Below the pieces are notes generated by a model. The model saw only the letters and a list, made by a program, of their open reading frames with translations. It made no database searches and was not told where the DNA came from. 64,000 bases of DNA. Source: Fimbriosthenelais zetlandica (lineage: Eukaryota). Positions 39,601 through 51,600 of the stretch are shown here, in pieces; position 1 is the stretch's first letter, and each line of letters begins with the position of its first letter. The DNA is taken from NCBI GenBank assembly GCA_977030845.1, contig OZ365111.1, positions 27,466,001 through 27,530,000 of the forward strand, given 5' to 3'. Position numbers and translations under genes: made by a program.

Positions 39601-42600
39601 GATGATATTGAGATATACCGGGATCCGCTGGGTCGTGAGTTTAAGGATAATAATGCTATACAGCCCTACCAGACATACTCCTATAGTCTGAGAGCATGTA
39701 ACTCAGCCGGCTGTGTCAGCAGCCCTACTGTAAGTATTACCTTTACTGCTATGTTATGTATAGTTATAACACTGGTCTTGGAACAAAAGGGAAGTGCAAG
39801 GGGCTAAGACCACCCCAACCCCCTCTGATTTCAGGGATGATATTGCGTAGGCACTCTAATAATAAAGGCTGGACCCTACACAATTTTTCTTATAACTTCT
39901 AAAATACTTCAGTAATCTTGCTGTATTGAGAATACTTTTGGGCCTGAAATAAAATGATGTATATGGAGGTGTTCCCTTATAAGAGCGAGCTGTATACGAC
40001 ACCTCAAGACCCTCAAGAACCTGATTAGGATTTTCCTAATTAAAAGTTGGAGGTTTTGCTAGGTATCCACTATATGGAGGTGTATTCTAATCAAAAAAAT
40101 AATAATCCTGTTTCCCGTCCACAGGTATCAGTGGCGACCCTACAAGCGATGCCGGAGGAAGTTCAAGCCCCCACGGTTGACCCTATAGACTCGACCAGTC
40201 TGTACGTGACCTGGGTGTTACCTGGCCGACCTAACGGTATTATCACCAAGTACGTCATAGTCATCCTCACGACAGATGAGGCTATCACCCTCAGCGGGGA
40301 CGCCTCCAGCTATATCCTCTCAGGTAAGTTGTATTCTTCATTCATTACCTTAACCTTTGATAGTGATTCAAGATGTTTGCAGTGTAACTCCTGGCTTGGA
40401 CTTGGAGGACACTAAACGGATTGGGAAAAGTGTTCACTATGATATGGAAGGTAAAACGTCTCTATATGCAGGTGTTTTCTAATCACTAAATATTGCTGCC
40501 ATTGCCTCAAAAGAGTTTAAGGGGTTTTTCTGCAGCCCAGTTCAGCATTTTCTCAGTTTGTTTCTCCAATATTATCAGTTTTGCACATCATTTTACAAAT
40601 GACAGATATTGTTTTGTTATTTCTAGGTCTAGAGAAGTTTGGTGAATATGAGTTATTGTTGACAGCCTGTTCTGAGGCTGGATGTACCAACAGTACAACA
40701 GTCACAGCCAGCACCGACCAGGACAAACCTGAAGGTAACTTTATTATCCATTCATCCCTGTCAATTTCTTAAACAAACTGTGAAGGCCTTGCTGGCTCTT
40801 GGGCATTTGATTCACACAAAACAGTTGTCTAAATAGCCAATTTTAGCTGAGATTGGCACCACCTTATTGAAAGAACTGCAAAATTTGAATAGGATAAATA
40901 AGTTATAAGTTCAGCAAAAACACTTATTATTAAGTTTCAAATTAACTCTCATGATCTAAACATAAGGACTCTGGACTTAGGATATTTGCAGTAGATGGGC
41001 AATGGACATTATCAACTTCTGATCTCATTATCTTGTGCAATAGTCCCTGTATATCGTTTGGAATATGAATTGACATCATTTCCATTTATCCTTGACCAGG
41101 TGTGACACCGCCACGTTTGGTAGTCACCAGCCCCACCAGTCTTGAGGTATACTGGAGCGCCCCTAGCGCCCCTAACGGCCTCCTGTCCTCCTACCGCCTC
41201 CTCCGGGGCTCCCTGGCCGGTCCCATGGAGACCGTCCACACCGGGTCAGCCGAGGTTACCATGGTTACCCAGAACAACCAGATCCCCGGTGCTGCCTACA
41301 CGTACATCCTGGAGGCCAGTACTGGAGGTGGACGGACCAACAGTTCCAGGGTGGCCGTTACCATGCCAACACAAGCCCCAGAAGGTATCCAGGCCCCAGT
41401 CAATGTGACGGCTCTGGGCCCCAGACATATCTATGTGGTATGGAACATGCCTGGTTTGGGAGCTGTTATTGACCAGTTCAGGATAGTATTAAACGCAGGC
41501 TCTGGGGATGATATTGAGAGGGGTGTAGGGCTCACATCTAATGCTGTGATTGATAATTTAAAACCATACACTTGGTATAATGTACGGATTAAGGCATGTC
41601 TTCGTGGGGTGCCTAACGGCTGTGGATTGGGACCAGGGGTTGGGACGCGGACCTTGGAAGCACCGCCTGTCAACCAACCACCACCTACACTCCAAGCCAC
41701 TGGATCATCTGCAATGGTCATCTCATGGGAAGAACCCGAAGAAGCGAATGGTCTTATACTTCAGTACAGAATCCACAGGAGGCGTCAAGGTGTCAATAAT
41801 TTTGGTCTCCTGATCAATGTTGTTCAGGGTGGTGTCAGGTCGTTTACAAACATAGGTCCAGAGCTGTCACCTTATACAATGTATGAGTACAGAATTACTG
41901 CTGTCAACTCACAAGGTGAGACTGTCAGTCACTGGGCTTCTGAGCGGACACTAGAAGCGCCACCAGAAGATATCCCGACCCCTGATATAGTCTCAGCTGA
42001 TGCTTATTCAATGATGGTTGCCTGGCAACCACCAAGGCAACCAAACGGTCTTGTGGTGACGTATCATGTTGAATTTAGACAACTGTCAACTGATCCAACA
42101 TTCAATTACCCAACAGAGACTGTCACTTTAAGCCCTAACACCAGGGCTACTTTGGTCAGTGGGCTAGTGCCTTATACCCACTATGAAGTCAGGGTTGTGG
42201 TCAAGAATTCCGCTGGTCAAGCAATGAGTAGGTGGCGTGAGACTGCCACTGGTCAAGGGTCCCCCTCTGAGATCCAACCCTTCTCTATAGAGAAGATTAG
42301 TTCAGGAATGTCGGTTATTTTGAGGTGGGATTCTCCTGGGGAACCAAACGGAGTCATCATTAACTATTTAGTGTATGAACGAGGCAATGTGAATCCAATC
42401 TTTCAGGGTTTGAGTCGGGAGTTTGAGTACAGACGTCTTGTACCATCAGAGGAGTATTGGGCCCAGCTTGAGGCATGTACAATCGCTGGATGCACGCGAT
42501 CTGCAGACCAAAAATTCACAACCGCTGAGATAGCTCCCTCTGATCAACCCACCCCCTCTATTGGTCATTATAATTCCACCCATATTACTATTGTGTGGTC

Positions 42601-45600
42601 TGAGCCTGTCAACCCGAATGGTAAAATACTCCAGTACCAGGTCTTACGAAGAGTGGAACAACGGCGAAAGAAACGTGCCCTCTCAGACCCTGTGGTTATA
42701 TTTGAAACAGAACAAACTGACAAAGATGAGTATGTCTATGTGGATAGTGACTTGAAACCGTACACTACTTATGAATATGCAATAAAAGCTACAAACTCTA
42801 AAGGTTTTACACAGAGTCCTTGGTTGAGCATACAAACCGACCAAGCAGCACCTGAAGGTCTGGAACAACCCATAGTGTCACAAGTCACAAACGAACAGGA
42901 CAAGTTAAAGATCATCTGGGCCGCTCCAAGACAAGCTAATGGTATCATACAATCATATCAACTCCAGCGGAATCTTTCTGTACCTTGGAGCTTCACCCCT
43001 AGTGACCCTAAAGAATACATTGACTCAGGTCTAACTGCCTATACAGTTTATTCCTACAAAGTAACTGTTTGTACATCTGGGGGTTGTATAACCAGTCCCT
43101 CAGCTGTTATAAGAACCCAGGAATCTGCTCCCTACTTCGTCCCTCCACCCACCCTCTCCACAGTCAGTGACACAGCCATTCAAGCTTCCTGGGTTGAACC
43201 CCAGATCACCAATGGCCGCATTCGGGAATACCGACTTTTAGTCAATAACAGGACTCAGTACGTTGGATTAGACACTGAGTATATAGTCTCAGGTTTGGTT
43301 CCTTATGAACCATATGAGTTCCTGCTCTCTGCTTGCACTTATGGCGGTTGTTCACTGAGTAGTGGAGTGGTTGCCCGACCACAAGAAGCACCACCGCTTG
43401 AGATGATACCTCCAGTCCTCCGAGTGACTTCTTCAACATCCATAGAGATCAGCTGGTCCTCTCCAACATATCCTAATGGTGTTATAACCTCATATGAAGT
43501 CCGCAGAGATGGTGTTTTAATAGATACAACAAACACATTAAGTTATATCGATTATGAAGTTGTCCCAGGGAGGGAATACAGCTATAGAGTGACTGCCTTT
43601 AATAGTAAGGGGAGTGTTGAAAGCCCGCCCTCTCTTGCCACGACATTTAGCTCTTCCCCATCTGGCCTACCTCCACCCACTCTCAAAGCCCTCAGCTCCG
43701 CCTCCATCCAAGCCAACTGGGAACCACCCGCCTTACCCAATGGTAGGATATATAATTATACCTTGTATAAGAACAATGATGTGGTGTATTCAGCCCAGGG
43801 TTTCCAGACTGTGGTTGGTGGTTTGATAGCATGGACTCAGTACACGTTCAGTGTTGTAGCTTGTACTAGTAATGGATGTACAACAAGTGAGCCAGCTCAG
43901 ATCAGGACTTTAGAAGCTGCTCCGCTAGGTATGAGGGTTCCCAGGCTCAGGGCATTCGCTGATGCCGCAGGAAGACATGATGGGGTGTTGGTGGAGTGGG
44001 GGCCACCGACTCGACCAAACGGAATCATCACCAGATACGAGGTTTACAGGAAGCTAGCTTCAGATTTTGGTAGAGGTAAGTCAATGACATTCACTATAAA
44101 ATTCTCCTATATAATCAAACAAATATACAATCTTTAAAATGCTATTCAGCATTTGGCGACATTTTAAGTACATATATATATACCTTCTGTGAAAACAATA
44201 TTTCTTAGGTGAGGGGGGCAGTAGAAATGTCTTGGACATTTCTGTAGATATACCCGTAGTAGATTTGATTTGCACATGGCTTGTCTAGCACTCAAGCTTT
44301 ATTTGGCTGCAGGTACAGAAAATAAAGCTTAGGTGCAGAGCTATGCAACATATGTATAGTTCTAGCAGTTCCTTGGTTAGCTTGTGTAAATTGGAAATTG
44401 AACTTCTTCCGTTGGTCTTTGCATATTTGGTGCTCTGAATATCTGACCACTGCGAGTCCCTAAATTATCTGTTCTAAGCTACTAATCTCCCTAGTAATAA
44501 ATGAAGTGTTTTATTTCAGGAGTTGAGAGTATAGAGAGAGTTTTGGTGTACCAGGGAGGTCTGGAATCACACCATGATCGTGATGATGACCTGCGTCCCT
44601 TCACCCAGTATGAATACTCAGTGACTGTCTATAATAAAGTAGGCAGTCAACCCAGTGACTGGGAGAGAGTCACAACCAAGGAGGCACCTCCTGTAGGCAT
44701 ACCTGCTCCTCAAATCAGGGTAAGCTCAGAGTTACTTTATTCATACTGTGCTGACATTTAAGTTGGGACTTCACTGCTGTAAATTTTCTGGCGACACAAC
44801 TGTGACAAAGGTGATGCTTGTCTCACAATAAAACATATGGTTGTAGTGCCCAAGGCTTTAAGTCCGTCAAGTCCTCTGCTGATATACTTTTCATTGTAAC
44901 AGCATCGCCCTTGCAGCAATAGTTTCTCAATAGAAATCGCAACAGTGGATTACCACCTTTATTTATTTGTTAAATTTGTTAAATTATCAGTCTGATATAT
45001 CCAGCATACTATAAAATAATTTGTTAAAACAAAGTACAAAACTCGAATCTGTAACAAAGGTATTTCCTTTCTGTCAGGGAGTGAGTGAAAACAGCATAAC
45101 GATAGAGATTGGTGAACCGGTTACCGCTAATGGCCACATCAAAAACTACACCGTCTTTGTCAATAACAGGCCTGTGAGTACATTTTACTCTTCATTTTCC
45201 ATTACAAAATAATGAGCCTCATTGTTATAACATTTTATAAAGTGTTTCTTCTAGCTTTGTTGGACATAACTATTCATGGCCCTGACGCGCCTGTCTGGTC
45301 CTAACTTTAATGCAGCAGTCTTTTGCCTTGTGACTTGTCTTTTGTCAAGTTTTGTCCATGTACAGCTTGTCTTGTATCATAATATTTGTGATTACGTTTC
45401 TCAGGAAATATTTGTGAATTTTGAACTGTGAATTTGTCATTGTTACTTGCTATTGTACTGTTAGTACTACTAGGTACTCGTACCATCTCTTGATGTACTG
45501 TCAAATATTAATTTTATATCATACTTACTTGTGCACTACAGACTGTGGTAAGCTTTGTAATTTATAGTTCATTATTGCCATGTGTTTGCTTGCTCGGAAC

Positions 45601-48600
45601 ATCATAAATTGCCTGAAGAAAAATAATGCTTATCCGTGATATTTCTTAATCGCTTATTGTCAGCTATGACTTTTTGTGTGGCACAAATATAAACTTTTTG
45701 AAATTTTAATTTTTGTGATTTAAACCTTATTGTTTTTGCGACCACTGCCTTGCAAATTTTTAGTTTCGTTTTTTCCAGTTGTTTTGCCTTTGTTTCCATG
45801 TTTTTCTTTTCCACATGTTTATGATCATGGCATGTCATGAAGTCATTGACATTTTCAGTCTATGCATGATTTTGTTTCACATTCTACAAATTGTCTTTCA
45901 TGATATACTGAGCATGATGAAAACGTTATCTTTCGAAAAGAGTCTACTATACAAAAGTTTTTCCAATCACAAGTGTTCACTACTGGATGCTTAATGCACA
46001 TACAGTCAGACCTCGTTAATCCGGACGCATTGGTTCCCAGCAAATTCCGTCCGGATGTCGAAACATCCAGATTGATGAATAACCTATTATCGTCCAATTA
46101 AAATTGACTAAGACAAAAGTATTCTACTGGAACCTTACAATTAAGACATTAAGAGTAGCGAAAATTATTTGCCTCAAAAGAAACCTATTTAAACACACAG
46201 GTTTAATCCAGATTTAAATTGAGTAAGACTAATGTCATTTAAAGCTAAGACCAGAGTTTTGTGAGATGAAAATATAGTTTTAATATGAATTCACAGTTTG
46301 TGCCGCCATAGCTTTATTTCCGCCCCACCCCGTCCGCACGCTACAACACCTTCCAGCCAAGGAAGCCAGTCCCCTACACCTCCTGCTACACACCAGGTCC
46401 TTTGAAGTCAAACCGACTGGTCTCAACACCCACCCACCCACACCCGCCGCCCAAGGAACAAAAACAAAGACAAAATTCCCGTGTGTCATTAAAAAGTCCT
46501 TAAAAGTTTTGAATTTGTTCTGAAAAATTTAAGGCCTTACAAAAGTATTAAATTTCGGCCTTTTAAATGTTTTTAAAAGGTCTTAAATTTGTTGACGTCA
46601 TTGCCGACGATTCTACTGAAGATTTTCTGATCATTTTTATCTGGCGATTTTGCCAACTATTCATTGTCAGAAAATCTTTACAAAAAGTTTCAAATTCTAG
46701 CATCTCAGAACAGCAGGAATCCGGAACGATTCCCATTGTTTTCCTTCCCAAACATTACTCCCCATAAGAAAGCTTAATACGGTCAGACTTGACAGGTCTA
46801 ACTCAAAGGTGGTGTTAGTTGAAATGTGTGAAATGAAGCCAGACTGAAAAAAGCTTCTGATCTACCAGCTGGCTCTGTCCAGATTAATGAGACATTTTCA
46901 ATGCTAAATAGTAGATTTGTCCCCCATTTGGGCTGTCCGGATCCGGAAACCGAAAATCCGGATTCAAGTATACAAAATGAGTTGATTAATTCCGTTCCCA
47001 AGGAAAATCGTCCGGATGTCGAGTAATCCGGACTAATGAGGTCCGGATTCACGAGGTCTGACTGTATCTGTACTCATAAATTTTGAGAAATTGAGCCAAA
47101 CAATAGACAAAACTTGAGCCAAAACTTGAGCCAAAAAATACTCCCAAATCCTTAAAATAGCTAATTAAGGTTAACATGAGCTAGACTTTGTTATTATTGC
47201 AGAATATAAAGAGGTTTTTATCTGTATTTTAACATATTTTACTAAAATATTTTAACGTTTTAACATATTTTAAAACCTTCAGTTTTAAGTGTATCTAACA
47301 TTGTATCATCAGGTACTACAGAGCCGGTCACCATATATAGAGATCATAGAGGTGGGTAACAAGCCTTTAGAGCCTTACACCAACTACAGGATCTCTGTAG
47401 CTGTCTGTACAGCTGGTGGCTGTACCAGGAGCCCTGTAACGTCTGTACAGACCAAGCCTCGTGTACCGAGCGGCCAGCGACCTGTACGAGCTGTCAATGT
47501 GACCACCACATCCATGGCTGCTGTGTGGGAACAACCAGACAAACCCAACGGTCCCATCCAAGAGTAAGTACTTACAATATTGGTCTAGATCACGAACACA
47601 CCTCGATAATTTAATGAAAGAACAGACAGTTACTGAATGCCATCCCTCATTGTTTAAGGCATTTGTATTGAGGTTAGATGCACGGCTCCTTAATAGTCTT
47701 GCCACCTCTTGGCTATTGTATTTGTGAGTCTACCATTCTGATAATTCTCTCGCTGTGGCAACATATCGACCAGTAAGCATTATCAAAGGCCAGTGTTGTT
47801 TGCAGTTGCATGTGGTGGGAGCCTTGTATAATGCTCTTGGTTGTTGCAGTGGCATTGTTCATACTCTAACCAAACCAATAAGAAAGCCCTGGTGTTTTTG
47901 GTTGTTGCTGTGGCCTTAGCTCCACTCTAACCAAACCAATAAGAAAGGCCCTGGTGCTCCTGATTGTTGTTGAGGTGGGAGCCACGTATGAGGCCAACCA
48001 TATCTTCCACATGTTTCCCAGTGCTCTTGGTTGTTGCTATGGCGTTAGCCCACACTCTAACCAAACCATTAAGAACACCTGCTGATCATGTTTGTTGCTG
48101 CGGTAAGAGCCATGTAGCCTAACCATGTCCCCAAATTGAATCAAACCAATAAGAAAGGCCCTGATGATATTGGCTGTTGTGGTGGCTTTACCCCCGACTC
48201 ATTAAGACAGCCTATATTGTTACAGGTACGTTCTGGCCATGCGTCCTGCCTGCCCTCAGCCCTACTCTGATGACGATGATGAGGTAGACCTACCCTGTGA
48301 GACGCAGCTCTGGATCATCGTGGCTCGAGGTATCGTCTTCTCTCATCAGTTTGATAATCTCCAGGCCTATACCAACTACGAGCTGAGAATAGACGTGTCT
48401 AATGAAGCGGGGAGTCTATCACAACCTCCCATTACTGTAGCCACCACCAAACCTACCGGTAAGTCAAGTTATAAGGAAGCTACTCCTTGGAGGTTTGATT
48501 TCAGTTTCTGTTTTGCTTCTCTTTCTCTCCATCCCTCATCGCATTTCATTCCCTCTCGTACCCTTTCCTTCTATATTTATGTCTCTCCTGTTCCCTATTA

Positions 48601-51600
48601 TTCTATCTTTTTTGAAAAATAAAGGAGCTAAGATATTAAGATACACAACACTATCATGATAGTGTCGTGTTGTGTTATCTTTACTTTTGTTTCTGCCGCT
48701 CCCTTGCTCTTACCTTCTTTTGTCAATTCATGCACTCTTTCTGTCTCTCTCCCTGTCCCCCTTTACCCCATCATTGTCACACTTTCGCTCCCTCCTAATC
48801 TTTGTTTCTTCCTTCTTCTTAAAAAGCTCCATTTTTTTTACTAAGGATAAACTTACCTTAATTTCACTCAAGTTACCATACAATTTCACTAAAAGTTACT
48901 TCACCATTTCAGCGCCTGAGTACCGCAAAGAGAACCCTATCCGTTGGTCGTTGCCGGGTAACAACATCCGGGTCACGTGGACTGACTCGTTTTATATTAA
49001 CGGTGAGGTACAGGACTTCCTGCTGTATGTGGATGATAGGCTGGAGTACAAGGGTCCCAGGACGAGCGCCAACGTCTTCAGAGACAACAAATACAAACGT
49101 TAGTATCCTTTCATCAACTTTGGTGTGAAAGAAGAACTAACCCGAGGTTGTTATCTAAGTTTATTTCGTATACGGACCGACGGTAGTAAAAATCAATATG
49201 GCGGACGGAAGTGGACAGTTTTGTATGGATGCGCATTGTTCACTTCCTCACAAGAACATCCGCTTAGTGAGAGGAGTGCAAATTATGAGGTCATGATTGT
49301 GTATCTTAATGGGATAGCTCCAATTGGGGTTCTCTTACCTTATAAACGAATCTTGCGATTCTCTCAGGTGTGGGGTGGTGGGCCCATTTTCAGGGCCCCA
49401 GGAACTATTATGTCCTTTATCTTTATTATTTGTTTTCATTGTCCTTTCAGGATACACGTTTAAGGTGAAGTTACAGACAGATCATGGAGAGGCAGAGACG
49501 CCGCCTATTACATTCGATCCCTTCCAACCAGACAGTCCATGTAAGTTATTAACTTTAAACAGTCGATGTTGCTGCAACGTAAGAGCCCATTTGAGGCATC
49601 TGCTGTAACTAAAGGGGGGGTGGCAAATTAGGGCAATAGCAAGCCCCAGCAAGGAGAGTTACTCTGGCTGCAATTTAGGCTTTTGAAAGTGCTGGCTACA
49701 AGAGAATTTTCAAGAAGTGGAAGCTGTGAAAAGCTCAAGGATTTAAGCTGCAAATACATTCAAAAGGGCTATGTACTGTAGTTCCTATGTATAACGTTTT
49801 TTTACTCTTCTGTATGTCCTATACTGCTGAAATGGGGCATCCTTTTGAAGTTGCTTCCTAAATTTATGTCATAATTTAAATATTTTTATTATCAACATTT
49901 TCAGCGCCAGAGACAGGTACAGTGTTGCTTGCTGTGTGCGGATGCTTGTTACTTGTAGCATGAACTTTTAGGTCAAAATTTAAAAAGTGAAAAATTATGC
50001 ATTGACCTTGATTTTAGACAATTTCAAAATATCACCAAAAGAACTTTAGGCAAAAAGATAAACCAAATTGATTTGAATAACCGTGCCAATAATTATAACA
50101 GGTTTTTGTTTTTGATTTGTTTTGCATGTAATAAAATAATTCATTGCCATGTGGATGAAATTTTATTTTCACCAAAATTTGTTTAAGGATTCACTCTTGC
50201 CTGAAAAAAAATAAACCACTGACTCGTTCAAAATGAAGATTGAATTTTCTTTAACTAGAATGAATGTAGTCATATAACTTGTAGCCTTTTTATTTCCTTA
50301 ACACACAACTTAACAATGATCAATAATAATTACATGGAATTATCCAATGTATTTTGACTGTTCAAAAATTTAAGGGAACATACTTTCAAGGGAAAAACAC
50401 AACTTATCAACCTAACGAATCCTTAGAAATCTTACAATTACAATCTCACAGATTTAATACATTTTCTTCCCATTGTTACAGACACTCCACCCACTACAGA
50501 ACTCACATTAGTCGGAGCTGAGACGAGTCCCCCAGTTTACCAGGAAGTCTGGTTTATAGCTCTTATAGCTATCATAGTACTGGTGGTGCTCTTTATCGGA
50601 CTGGCGTGCTGTCTGCGAACTACCGGCCGTAAATTACCTTACATACGTGAACGTATGCCACTACAACCCAAACAAGCCAAGGCTAACGGCCTCTACGCCA
50701 TAGACCCTTACAACGGTAGCGTTATATCAACTGTAAGTACTATTATTAATTTCTAATTGTTTTAAATGCAATGTATATTATAGCACTGTACGATATGGAC
50801 ATTTATTGCATCTTGCTTTGTTATTTTTGATGATAATGTTTTGCATGAGCTTTATGCTGTATATATATGATCCTGCACGTTATGTACCCAAAGACCATTT
50901 GTAATTTTATCATCACAAATTTTTAAATATGGGGAGCCGGAATCATAATTATAGAGATTTCTGCGCCAGAAGATTCTGGTTGTATGAATGTGTGCTTTTA
51001 GGCAGATCTGATCTTGAGGAAATTTGCCTTCTTGTCCTTCCTTTATTCAAATTCATAAAGAAGGCAATAAACATTAGGAAAGAATAAAATTTATCAATAT
51101 CTGATATGTATGAATTCAGCTTCCCATAAATGTACATATACCATACAAACACCAGCACTTTGATTCAACCAGCATGCTTGCTTTCTTCTCTTTCTTCCCA
51201 TCCACCCACCAATTTTTCCCTCACCAAAATCTATGCATCCATCCNNNNNNNNNNNNNNNNNNNNNNNNNNNNNNNNNNNNNNNNNNNNNNNNNNNNNNNN
51301 NNNNNNNNNNNNNNNNNNNNNNNNNNNNNNNNNNNNNNNNNNNNNNNNNNNNNNNNNNNNNNNNNNNNNNNNNNNNNNNNNNNNNNNNNNNNNNNNNNNN
51401 NNNNCTCACCCACAGCTACCCAATGGTCATCTGAACGACACAGCTCCCAGCATAAGCCAATCAGTCCCCAGTACCCCTTACCTATCCTCCCCATCCCACC
51501 GCCCATACTACCCCAACCCCACCTACGCGACCCTCACCCTCCCCCGGCGTCCCCACAAAACCCTATCTCACCGTACCTCCAGCATGGCTAGCCTGAACCA

